This document shows positions 28,088-36,759 of a DNA stretch of 64,000 bases, in pieces. Position numbers and translations under genes: made by a program. The stretch is from Dehalococcoidia bacterium (lineage in GTDB: Bacteria > Chloroflexota > Dehalococcoidia > Bin125). Every line of letters starts with the position of its first letter. Positions within the stretch are counted from its first letter, which is position 1. The stretch covers positions 897,872 through 961,871 of the forward strand of contig CBDBQC010000003.1 of assembly GCA_965209205.1 (NCBI GenBank). Direction: 5' to 3'. A model generated the notes under the pieces. The model saw only the letters and a list, made by a program, of their open reading frames with translations. It searched no databases and had not been told where the DNA came from.

Positions 28088-28900
28088 ATGTCCGACTCCC
28101 CCATCCTGGTCGACACGCGTGACGACGGCGTCGCGCTGATCACGCTCAACCGCCCCGACCGGCTCAACGCCATGTCGGCCGACCTGCTCGCGCAACTGTC
28201 CGACGCCCTGACCGCCGCGGCGGCGGACCCCGCCGTCCGCTGCGTCGCGATCACCGGCGCGGGGCGCGCCTTCTCGGCCGGCGGCGACGTGAAGGACATG
28301 GCCGCCGACCGCCGCGCCGTCACCTTCGGCGGCGAGACCGACGAGGAGGCGTCGGGCCTGCTGGCGCGCGCCGCCCAGAGCACGACCGGCGCGATCTACG
28401 CCCTGCCCAAGCCCGTCGTCGCGCTGGTCAACGGCGTCGCCGTGGGCGGCGCGCTGGGCCTGGTGCTGGCCTGCGACGTCCGCCTCGCCTCGCGGCGGGC
28501 GCGGCTGGGGACGGCCTTCCGCAACGTCGGGCTGAGCGGCGACTTCGGCACGACCTACCTGCTGCCGCGACTGGTCGGCTGGGGGCGCGCGCGGGAGCTC
28601 TTCCTCAGCGGCGACCTGCTCGACGCCGACACCGCGCAGGCGTTGGGCCTCGTGACCGCCGTCTACGACGCCGACACCTTCCTCAGCGACGGCCTCGCCT
28701 ACTGCGCCCGGCTGGCCCAGGGCCCCACCCTCGCCTTCGGTCGCATGAAGGCCAACCTCAACTTCGGCGAGGGGCACTCGCTGCCCCAGGCCCTGGCGCA
28801 CGAGGCCCTCAACCAGCGCTTCAGCGCCCTCGACAGCGACCACCGCGATGCCGCCGTCGCGTTCGCCAACAAGCAGGAGCCCGTCTTCCGGGGGCGCTGA
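28088..28900 (+). CDS. enoyl-CoA hydratase/isomerase family protein 2
   Basis: VALITLNRPDRLNAM...FSAGGDVK...VNGVAVGGALGLVLACDVRL...PVFRGR. Confidence 0.8.
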   Translation: MSDSPILVDTRDDGVALITLNRPDRLNAMSADLLAQLSDALTAAAADPAVRCVAITGAGRAFSAGGDVKDMAADRRAVTFGGETDEEASGLLARAAQSTTGAIYALPKPVVALVNGVAVGGALGLVLACDVRLASRRARLGTAFRNVGLSGDFGTTYLLPRLVGWGRARELFLSGDLLDADTAQALGLVTAVYDADTFLSDGLAYCARLAQGPTLAFGRMKANLNFGEGHSLPQALAHEALNQRFSALDSDHRDAAVAFANKQEPVFRGR

Positions 28901-28928
28901 GCGACCCCGCGCAGCAAAGGAGATCGAG

Positions 28929-29816
28929 ATGGAATTCGGCAACTTCCGCGGCTTCGAGGTCGGCCTGCGCGACCCCGGCATCGCCTGGGTGCGGTTCAAC
29001 CAGCCCGAGCGGCTGAACGGCATGACCCACCACCTCAAGCGCGACCTGCGGGAGGCGCTGCTCCAGGCCCAGTTCGACGACGCCGTGCGCGTCGTCGTGA
29101 TCACGGGCTCGGGCCGTGCCTTCTCGGCCGGCGACGACATCACCGGACGCCCGATCTCCTTCGCCGACGACGCCCGGCCGCTCGTCGGCCCCGTCGGCAG
29201 CGGTCACCACAACCCCATGGGCACCTACTACGGCCTGCGCATGATCTCGCAGCCGCTCAACAAGGCCGTGCGCGAGCTGGACAAGATCACCATCGCCGCG
29301 ATCAACGGCGTCGCCGTGCAGACCGGCCTCTCGCTGGCGCTCGCCTGCGACTTCCGCATCGCCGCCGAGAGCGCCCGGCTGACCAGTGGCACGCTGCGTT
29401 TCGGCCTGCTGCCCGACGAGGGCGGCCACAAGCTGATGGTGCAGCACATGGGCGTCACCAAGGCGATGGAGTTCTGCCTGCGCATGCAGTTCGCCGGGGC
29501 GCAGGAGGCGCTCGAACTCGGCATGCTCAACGAGGTCGTCCCCGACGACGAACTCGAAGAGCGCACCATGGCGCTCGCCACCGAGATCGCCAACGGCCCC
29601 CAGGTCGCCATGCGCCTGCTCAAGCGCACGATGTACAACGCCGACGAGATGACCTGGGACCAGGCCTGCGACGACATCGCCACCAAGACCGCGATCGCGG
29701 ACTGGGACCCCGACGCCAAGGAGGGCGGCCTCTCGTTCAAGGAGAAGCGCTCACCCGTCTTCAACCAGCAGCTGGGCGCGGCCCGCGGCGCGCAGCCGTG
29801 GCAGGAAGGCGGCTAG
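28929..29816 (+). CDS. enoyl-CoA hydratase/isomerase family protein 3
   Basis: ATG preceded by AAAGGAG. ...FNQPERLNGM...FSAGDDI...INGVAVQTGLSLALACDFRI... Confidence 0.75.
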   Translation: MEFGNFRGFEVGLRDPGIAWVRFNQPERLNGMTHHLKRDLREALLQAQFDDAVRVVVITGSGRAFSAGDDITGRPISFADDARPLVGPVGSGHHNPMGTYYGLRMISQPLNKAVRELDKITIAAINGVAVQTGLSLALACDFRIAAESARLTSGTLRFGLLPDEGGHKLMVQHMGVTKAMEFCLRMQFAGAQEALELGMLNEVVPDDELEERTMALATEIANGPQVAMRLLKRTMYNADEMTWDQACDDIATKTAIADWDPDAKEGGLSFKEKRSPVFNQQLGAARGAQPWQEGG

Positions 29817-29930
29817 CCGCGCGACGACCGCGCGGCCGGCGACGGACCGGACCGCCGGGGCCGCACGTAGAGCAGCCGCCTTGCGGCGGCTGCTCCGGTG
29901 GCGACCGACTGGCGCGTTCGTTTGGCCCTC

Positions 29931-32174
29931 CTACGTCGTCAGGACGTTGATCTGGTAGGCCTTGTGCATGTCGGCGATCTGCGCGGCGCCGAGCGGCCAG
30001 TCGATATTGGCCGCCGTCGCGTGGTACTGGAAGCGCTCCGTCAGGTAGATGAAGCCCGCCCGCTGGTAGTGCGCGACGTAGAGGTCCTCGATCGCCGCGG
30101 CGCGGTCGTCGGCGTTGACGGCCGACTTCGTGCGCGCGCGCATGTCCGCCAGGTCGTCGTGCGGCGCCAGCGAGTAGGTGCCGCCCGGCGTCGGCGCGAT
30201 GTGCGCGGCGATCATGATCTCCGGCTCGAAGCAGGCGCAGTTCTGCATGAAGAAGAGCCCGGCCCCCTCCGTTTCTGAAGCGGCGGCGTTGCGAGCCGTG
30301 GCGAAGAACTCGCCGGTCGGGTACGACTGCATTTCGAGCTCGACGCCGACGGCCGCCAGATCCTGCTGCAGGACCAGCGCCACCGCGGGGTCGGTCGGGA
30401 TGAAGTCCACCGAGAAGTGGAACGGCGTCGTGAACCCGTCCGGGTAGCCGGCCTCGGCGAGCAGGGCCCGGGCAAGGTCCGGGTCGTACGCGTACGGCCC
30501 GATCGCCTCCAGCGCTTCCCGCGGGTAGAACGCGGCCCCGGCCCAGGCGCCGTACGACACGCCCTCCTGCCCGGTCATCAGGTTGTCGATGATCGCCTGC
30601 TTGTTGATCGCGTGGTTCAGGGCCTTGCGCACCCGCTCGTCCCGGAAGGGATTCGGGATGCCGTTGACCTCCTCGGTCAACAGGTTCGGGAGCAGGTACT
30701 GGTTCGGGTTGCCGGCCCAGCCCAAACCGACGTTGAAGTCCGGGTCGTCCCGGATCGGTTCCACGACGTCCGGGGTCAGGGCGTACGCGACATCGATCTC
30801 GCCCGCCTCCATCCCGGCGATGCGGGAGAGCGGCTCCGGCCGCACGAGGTGGACGTGCCGCCGGGTGGACGTCGCCCCGAGCGGCGCCGGCGTGGGCGAC
30901 CACGGCAGGTGGTAGTCCTCGTTGCGCTCGAAGACGAAGTCGGTGTCTTCGGTGTGGCTGACGAAGCGCATGTTCCCCGTGCCCATGGATGAGGCGTCGA
31001 CGGCCGCGTCTCCCCGCTCCTCGGTGTCCCGCTTCGACATCGTGTAGATGTTGCCCAGGTAGGCGCCCGAGATCGTCGCGTCGGGTTCGTGGGTATTGAT
31101 CGTCCAGTGCAGCTTGTCGGTCTGGCCATAGCCCGCCCAGTGGTGGGCGCCCTGCTGCGTGCGCGCGCTGGCCCAGCCGCCGGGGTGGTCGGACGTCTCG
31201 CCGCCCTGGTGGTACTCGGCGATGTTCCCCACCCGCTCGTACGTGAAGATCATGTCTTCCGCCGTCAACTGCTGGCCGTTGTGGAAGAACACGTTGTCCT
31301 TGACGGTCAGGGCCCAGGTCGTGTCATCGGGGAGTTCCCACTGGACCAGGATCCCCGTGGGATTCCCGGTGTCCGGATCGAAATCCACGGGCCGGTCGAA
31401 CACGCTGTGGGAGTTCTGGTAGTTGACCTGGCTGCCGGAACGATGCGGATCGAGACCGCCGTTGTCGGCCGCCAGGGCGAGCCGCAGGGTGGCCTCCGTG
31501 TCGATCGTCCCGGCGGCGGCGGACGGCGCGTCCTCCTCCGCGGCCATGGTGGCGGCGTCGGCGGCCTCGCGGGCCGCGTCGGCGGCCTCTTCGGCCGCCG
31601 AGACGGCGGCCGCGGCGGTCTCGGCCGCGGCAGCGGACGCCTCCCCCGCGGCGGCAGCGGCGGCAGCCGCGGCATCGGCCGCGGCCTGGGCGGCGGCGGC
31701 AGCGGCGGCGGTGTCCTCGGCGCCCGCCTCGCGGGCGGCGGCGGCGGCGGCCTCGGCGGCATCGGCGGCCGCCTGCGCGACGGCGGCGGCGCCCGCGTCG
31801 CCCGCGGCCCGGGCGGCCTCGGCAGCATCGGCAGCCGCATCGGCGGCCGCCTGGGCGGCTGCGGCCGCCTGTTCGGCGTCATCCGACGCCGCGGCTTCGG
31901 CCGCCAGGGCGGAGGCCGCCTCGGCGGCTTCGGCGGCGCGGCCCGCAGCCTCGGCGGCGTCGCTCGCGGCGGATGCCGCGGCAGCGGCGTCGCCCGCCGC
32001 CGCGTCGATCGCCGACGTATCGACGGCGGCCGGCGCGGCGTCATCGTCGTCGTCGCCGCAGCCGACGAGCGCGAGCCCAGCCGCTCCAACGCCGGCTTTG
32101 GCGCTGGCTCCCAACATGGTGCGACGCGAGATCTTTCGCTGTCGCAGGGTGTTCCAATACTTCGGCGTACTCAT
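29931..32174 (-). CDS. orphan paralogue of the family-5 ABC substrate-binding lipoprotein, with a ~205-aa Ala-rich acidic linker
   Basis: First ~60 codons and the upstream leader are nearly identical at DNA level to the 5259-7667 gene. Same RR/lipobox N-terminus and Ala/Glu/Asp tract; the SBP_5 domain is roughly 40-50% identical. No adjacent permeases; convergent with the ECH genes. Confidence 0.8.
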   Translation of the reverse strand: MSTPKYWNTLRQRKISRRTMLGASAKAGVGAAGLALVGCGDDDDDAAPAAVDTSAIDAAAGDAAAAASAASDAAEAAGRAAEAAEAASALAAEAAASDDAEQAAAAAQAAADAAADAAEAARAAGDAGAAAVAQAAADAAEAAAAAAREAGAEDTAAAAAAAQAAADAAAAAAAAAGEASAAAAETAAAAVSAAEEAADAAREAADAATMAAEEDAPSAAAGTIDTEATLRLALAADNGGLDPHRSGSQVNYQNSHSVFDRPVDFDPDTGNPTGILVQWELPDDTTWALTVKDNVFFHNGQQLTAEDMIFTYERVGNIAEYHQGGETSDHPGGWASARTQQGAHHWAGYGQTDKLHWTINTHEPDATISGAYLGNIYTMSKRDTEERGDAAVDASSMGTGNMRFVSHTEDTDFVFERNEDYHLPWSPTPAPLGATSTRRHVHLVRPEPLSRIAGMEAGEIDVAYALTPDVVEPIRDDPDFNVGLGWAGNPNQYLLPNLLTEEVNGIPNPFRDERVRKALNHAINKQAIIDNLMTGQEGVSYGAWAGAAFYPREALEAIGPYAYDPDLARALLAEAGYPDGFTTPFHFSVDFIPTDPAVALVLQQDLAAVGVELEMQSYPTGEFFATARNAAASETEGAGLFFMQNCACFEPEIMIAAHIAPTPGGTYSLAPHDDLADMRARTKSAVNADDRAAAIEDLYVAHYQRAGFIYLTERFQYHATAANIDWPLGAAQIADMHKAYQINVLTT

Positions 32175-32345
32175 GATCGGTTCCTTTCCGGGAACTACCG
32201 TTGGTCCCCCCGGGGGACCGTCGGGCTGGTGAGCACGCGCAGTATGGCACATCCAATAGAGACTCCCCCCCCCACCCCCCCTATGTCAAGTAAGAAGGAA
32301 ATTATGGGGTTATCCACGGTATTTGCAAAGTTATCCACAGGATTT
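32175..32345 (-). promoter_or_regulatory. Conserved 5' leader/promoter module of SBP paralogue 2, with a C9-A-C7 tract and two consensus DnaA boxes
   Basis: Leader hairpins identical to copy 1 (GTTCCCGGAAAGGAAC; GGTCCCCCCGGGGGACC). An AT-rich patch carries TTATCCACG (~32309) and TTATCCACA (~32331) as direct repeats 13 nt apart. Confidence 0.5.
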
Positions 32346-32426
32346 TTCGGATTCGGGCGCCGTGGGACGCCCCCTGTGTCACTCGTGGGGTTCCGGCGTG
32401 CGATCGCGCGCCGGAATCGCTCCCCC

Positions 32427-32460
32427 GAACCTCCTCTCCATCGTGCAGATGGAGAGGAGG
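32427..32460. repeat. degenerate solo hairpin copy of the palindromic repeat family
   Basis: GAACCTCCTCTCCATCGTGCAGATGGAGAGGAGG. Confidence 0.55.
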
Positions 32461-32717
32461 CCAAAAGGTGGAGGTCGGCCGGCGCGCCACGATCCGGTGA
32501 TCTACCCGACCGCCAGCCTGACTTGGGCGATGGCCGGCGTAGCCCACGCATGGGGGCGGTTGGCACCGTTCGCGGCGCGCGGAGATCCGCTCCGACCGCC
32601 CCCACCATCCCTGCTCGCGTGGGCCGTGCTCGCCGACGCCGGATAGGGAGATCACCCCACGTGGCATCCCCGCGCGCCACCCTCTACACTGGCCAATGGA
32701 CAGAAAGGAACGGGGCC

Positions 32718-33020
32718 ATGTCTGCCGATGAGATGATGATCTGCGTCCGGTGCACAACCCACCGGCCGGTGGGTGAAGAGGACGGCGTGTTCAACGTGGA
32801 CTGCTGGGATCTGCCCATCTTTGTTGCTGGCCATGGTGACGAGGCGGCAGTCGATGAGCGGTTGGGGGAGGCAGTGAACGCGCACTTGGCTGCGATCCGC
32901 GAAGCCGGCGAGGATGTAGCCGCCTACTTGCGGCGCCACGGCGTGAACATCGAGGAGCCCACCCCGGCGCGCGCCGGGGACTGGCGGCCGACAGCAAGCC
33001 TCGTGGCGGTTCATGCCTAA
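32718..33020 (+). CDS. HicB-like (UPF0150 family) putative antitoxin
   Basis: 100 aa; EEDGVFNVDCWDLPIFVAGHGDEAAVDERLGEAVNAHLAAIREAG follows the HicB N-domain pattern (E-DG...PDLPGC...G-T-EEA..N..EAI..HL). RBS AAAGGAACGGGG. GC ~60%. Confidence 0.5.
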   Translation: MSADEMMICVRCTTHRPVGEEDGVFNVDCWDLPIFVAGHGDEAAVDERLGEAVNAHLAAIREAGEDVAAYLRRHGVNIEEPTPARAGDWRPTASLVAVHA

Positions 33021-33261
33021 CGAACTGAACATCGCGCAGGCGAAGGAGGTCTTGGAGGAACTCGGCTTTGAGGTCTTCCGTTCGCCCGGCGGACCGATCA
33101 CGTACATGCGCGGAGGCCGCTTTCGCCGACCACGGTACTATACTCTCGCGCTGAACGATCAAGAGCGGATCGCGCTGGCGGCCTTTGTGAAGAACTTGGT
33201 CATACACGCAGGGGTTTCCCGCGACAAGATCGAGGCGGCCCTGCGGACGGTGTTGGGGTAG
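33013..33261 (+). CDS. HicA-like (YcfA family) small protein, catalytic His not conserved
   Basis: 82 aa. Its ATG overlaps the upstream gene by 8 nt (translational coupling). LEELGFEVFRSPGGPITYMRGGRFRRPRYY...KNLVIHAGVS parallels the HicA architecture, but the GSHH/prHp histidines are replaced. Confidence 0.4.
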   Translation: MPNELNIAQAKEVLEELGFEVFRSPGGPITYMRGGRFRRPRYYTLALNDQERIALAAFVKNLVIHAGVSRDKIEAALRTVLG

Positions 33262-33342
33262 CGCTCTCCATCGCGTCGCGATGATCCACCCCGCCACGCA
33301 CAGGAACGCCCGGAACGCCGCCACGATCGATGTGAGCAGGTG

Positions 33343-34383
33343 CTAGCCCCCGGCCCGCTCCGCGACCGCCTCCGCCGCCGCGATGCCCGCCGCCTCGGCC
33401 AGCAACTCGTACGAGCGGCGGCGGGCGGCCGGGTCGTGCGTGATCGTCAGCACGACGAACTCGTCCACGTCGTAGGTGGCGCTCAGCTCCTCCAGCCTCG
33501 CGACGCACTGCGCCGGCGAGCCGTGGATCGAGAGCCCCTGCATGTGCTCGATGTACGCCAGCTCCCGCTCGGTGTAGGGGAAGGCGCGGGCGGTCTGCAC
33601 CGAGGGGATGCCCCCGCCCATGCCGCGGTTGCTCATGATGCGCCAGCACCAGCGGCTCCAGGACAGTTCCCGCGCCTCCTCCTCGGTCTCGGCGCAGGTC
33701 ACCGAGACGCCCATGTTGGCGCGCGGCCGCTCCAGCCCCGGCGAGGGCCGGAAGCGCTCGCGGTAGTTGCGGATCACCGCCTCGCCGCCCTCGGGGCTGA
33801 TGAAGTGCGCGAACGAGAAGGCCCAGCCCAGTTCCGCCGCGTACGTCCCGCTCACCGTCGACGATCCCAGCAGCCACAGCTCCGGCATCCCGCCCACCTC
33901 GGGGGTCGCGCGCACGCCGCGGAACGGATGGTCGGCCGGCAGCTCGCCGGCCAGGTAGCCGTAGAGGTCCATCAGCTGCTCGGGGTAGTGCTCGATGCCC
34001 AGCGCGCCGGGCCCGTGCGCGAGGGCCCGCGCGGTGCGGCCGTCGCTGCCCGGCGCGCGCCCCACCCCCAGGTCAATGCGGCCCGGGTGCATGGCCTCGA
34101 TCACGTGGAACGCCTCGGCCACCTTGAGCGGGCTGTAGTGGCTCAGCATCACCCCGCCCGACCCCACCCGGATGCGCTGCGTGCGCGCCGCGACCTGGGG
34201 GATCATCACCTCCGGCGCGGGGCAGGCCAGCGCCGTCGTGTTGTGATGCTCGGCCAGCCAGTAGCGCTCGTAGCCCAGCCGGTCCGTCAACTCCGCCAGG
34301 GCGAGGGTCTCCCGGATCGCCTGCGCGCCGTCGCTGCCCGCCACGATCGGGATCTGGTCCAGGACGCTCAGTCGCATGCGCAC
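33343..34383 (-). CDS. luciferase-like flavin-dependent monooxygenase/oxidoreductase
   Basis: 346 aa TIM-barrel luciferase-like family (…YERYWLAEHH…GRIDLGVGRAPG…). Confidence 0.75.
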   Translation of the reverse strand: MRMRLSVLDQIPIVAGSDGAQAIRETLALAELTDRLGYERYWLAEHHNTTALACPAPEVMIPQVAARTQRIRVGSGGVMLSHYSPLKVAEAFHVIEAMHPGRIDLGVGRAPGSDGRTARALAHGPGALGIEHYPEQLMDLYGYLAGELPADHPFRGVRATPEVGGMPELWLLGSSTVSGTYAAELGWAFSFAHFISPEGGEAVIRNYRERFRPSPGLERPRANMGVSVTCAETEEEARELSWSRWCWRIMSNRGMGGGIPSVQTARAFPYTERELAYIEHMQGLSIHGSPAQCVARLEELSATYDVDEFVVLTITHDPAARRRSYELLAEAAGIAAAEAVAERAGG

Positions 34384-34460
34384 AGCCTAGAGACCGCCCG
34401 ACGCTCGGTCGCGGCGCTGGCGCGCGCCCCCGCACTCCGTACACTGCCCGGGGAGGCGCG

Positions 34461-35759
34461 ATGACCACCGAGACGCCCGACCTGGAAGCCGAACTGCACG
34501 CCGTCGCCGCCCGCAGCGCGGCGCTGTGGGACGAGCGCGACCCGGCCGCGTTCCAGAGCGCCCGCCTGCGCGGCCTGACCGTCGGCAGCACGACCGCCTG
34601 GGGCCTGGCCGGCGGCGGCGCCGAGTCGAAACGGCCGCCGATCTCGATGGCGGGCGGCATCCCCGACGCCGCCTCGCAGCCCAAGCAGGGGCTGCTGCGC
34701 GCGATGGAGCGCGCCCTCGCCGTCTCCGACGATGCCCCCCTGGTCTACGGCGGTCCCCTGGGCTACGAGCCCCTGCGCGCGGAGATCGGCAAGTACTTCG
34801 CGCGCGACCACGCCGAGATCCCCGGCGCCGACCACTTCATCCTCACCAACGGGGCCGCCGGCGCGATCGACATGGCCGCCACGCTCCTGCTCGACCCGGG
34901 CGACGTCGTGATTTCCGAGATGCCCACCTTCGCCGGCTCGCTGCGCACCTTCCGCGGGCACGGCGTCGAGGTCGCGGGCGTGCACCTGGACGACGAGGGC
35001 ATGCGCCTGGACCAGGTCGAGGCCCAGATCGCCCGCCTGCGGGCCGAGGGCCGCGCGCCCAAGCTGATCTACACGATCCCCACCTACCACAACCCCACCG
35101 GCGTCACGATGTCGCTCCGGCGCCGCGCCGACCTCGTCGACCTGGCGGCGCGGGAGGGCATCCACATCCTCGAGGACACGGCCTACAACGAGCTCTTCTT
35201 CACGCCCGAGCGCCCGCCCACGCTCTCGGCCGTCGCGGGCGGTCGCGGCGTGCTGACGGCGGGCACGTTCTCGAAGGTGATCGCGACCGGACTGCGCATC
35301 GGCTGGCTGCAGGCCGAGCCGGCCCTCATCGAGCTGCTGCTGCCCGGTCGCTTCGACATGGGCAACAGCCCCCTGCTGCACCGCATGCTGCACGAGTACA
35401 TGGTGAGCGGGGAGTTCGCGCCGCACGTCGCGCGGATGCGCGGCGTCTACGCCGCCAAGCTCGACGCCCTCGTCGCCACCCTGCGCGACGCCGGCGAGCC
35501 CTACTTCGACTTCACGGCGCCCGAGGGCGGCTTCTTCCTCTGGCTGCGCCTGCGCGACGGCCTGCGCGGCCGCGACGTGCAGCGGGCCGGCTTCGAGGAG
35601 GGCGCGATCTTCCCGCCCGGCGTCGGCTTCTACCCCGGCGGCGACCCGGACGGCGATCCCGAGGCCGTGCGCCTGGCCTACTCCTGGACCAGCGCCGCCG
35701 ACATCGCCGCGGGAGGCGAGCGCGTCCTCGCCGCCTGCGCCCGCGTCGCCGGCGCCTGA
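34461..35759 (+). CDS. PLP-dependent aminotransferase (class I/II; 2-aminoadipate/MocR-type fold)
   Basis: 432 aa; ...TIPTYHNPTGVTMS... and SKVIATGLRIGW (PLP-Lys region). Confidence 0.75.
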   Translation: MTTETPDLEAELHAVAARSAALWDERDPAAFQSARLRGLTVGSTTAWGLAGGGAESKRPPISMAGGIPDAASQPKQGLLRAMERALAVSDDAPLVYGGPLGYEPLRAEIGKYFARDHAEIPGADHFILTNGAAGAIDMAATLLLDPGDVVISEMPTFAGSLRTFRGHGVEVAGVHLDDEGMRLDQVEAQIARLRAEGRAPKLIYTIPTYHNPTGVTMSLRRRADLVDLAAREGIHILEDTAYNELFFTPERPPTLSAVAGGRGVLTAGTFSKVIATGLRIGWLQAEPALIELLLPGRFDMGNSPLLHRMLHEYMVSGEFAPHVARMRGVYAAKLDALVATLRDAGEPYFDFTAPEGGFFLWLRLRDGLRGRDVQRAGFEEGAIFPPGVGFYPGGDPDGDPEAVRLAYSWTSAADIAAGGERVLAACARVAGA

Positions 35760-35786
35760 CCGGCCCCCCCTCCGGCCTGCCGGGCC

Positions 35787-36728
35787 TCAGGCCCGTTCGG
35801 GCCAGTGCGCCGGGACCTGCGCGCGCAGGAACTCCCCGATCTTCGCCATCACCTCCTGCGACTCCGGCAGCGCCGGGAAGGCCGGGAAGACGTGCGGCAT
35901 CTCGGGGTAGATCTCCGACTGCGCCGTCACGCCCATCATCCGCGCCAGCGCGGCGATGCGCGTGGTGTCGTCGCGCAGCACCTCGTGGTCGCCGGCGATC
36001 AGGTACAGCGGCGGCAGGTCCTCCAGGTCGGCGAACACCGGCGAGACGAGCGGGAAGCTGGGCCGCAGCGGACCGGGCAGGATCCAGTCGATGAGCCGCT
36101 CCGTGCCCGCCCGCCGCACGAGCAGGTCCTCCGCGGTCCGCGTCCGCCACGACTCCCCGCTCAGCGTCAGGTCGGTCCAGGGCGAGAGCAGCACGGCGGC
36201 GTCGGCCTGGCGGTCGTCGAGGTCGCGGATCTTGACCAGCGTGCCCAGCGCCAGCCCGCCCCCGGCCGAGTCCCCCGCGATGAAGGCGGCCTCCGCGTTC
36301 CCGGCCCCCGACGGCCCGTGCCCCGTCATCCAGGCGAAGGCCGGGACCGAGTCGCGCACGGCGGCCGGGCAGGGATGCTCGGGCGCCAGCCGGTAGTCGA
36401 GCGACAGCACGGCCATGCCCGTCGCGGCCGACAGCCGGCTGGTCAGGTTGCGATGCGTCGCCGGGCTGCCCAGGCAGTAGCCGCCGCCGTGCAGGTAGAG
36501 GATGCGCCGCGCCCCGTCGGCGCCCGGCGCGAGCACCCATTCGGCCGGCGTCTCGTCGGGCCCGCCGCCCGACGCGCCCGGCCCGGCGGCCATCACCGGC
36601 GTGATCGTTGTGTCGGGGATCGCCGGCGAGGGCGCCATCCAGGCCCGCATCTCCTCGATGCTCGCATCGGCCGGCAGCTGGTTCTCACGCAGCCAAGTCC
36701 GCGCCCGCTCCAGCGCTTGCGACGTCAT
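35787..36728 (-). CDS. alpha/beta hydrolase (esterase/lipase, HGGG-type)
   Basis: LYLHGGGYCLGS oxyanion motif, GDSAGG nucleophile elbow and C-terminal His. Confidence 0.8.
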   Translation of the reverse strand: MTSQALERARTWLRENQLPADASIEEMRAWMAPSPAIPDTTITPVMAAGPGASGGGPDETPAEWVLAPGADGARRILYLHGGGYCLGSPATHRNLTSRLSAATGMAVLSLDYRLAPEHPCPAAVRDSVPAFAWMTGHGPSGAGNAEAAFIAGDSAGGGLALGTLVKIRDLDDRQADAAVLLSPWTDLTLSGESWRTRTAEDLLVRRAGTERLIDWILPGPLRPSFPLVSPVFADLEDLPPLYLIAGDHEVLRDDTTRIAALARMMGVTAQSEIYPEMPHVFPAFPALPESQEVMAKIGEFLRAQVPAHWPERA

Positions 36729-36759
36729 CGCCCCGCCCCACTCCCCGACGGCGGCCGGC

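Noticed and set aside
32300-32345. Possibility that the DnaA boxes mark a chromosomal origin.
   Set aside because: Only two or three boxes are present, there is no dnaA/dnaN/gyrB context and no extended DUE. The boxes lie in the promoter of a transporter gene.
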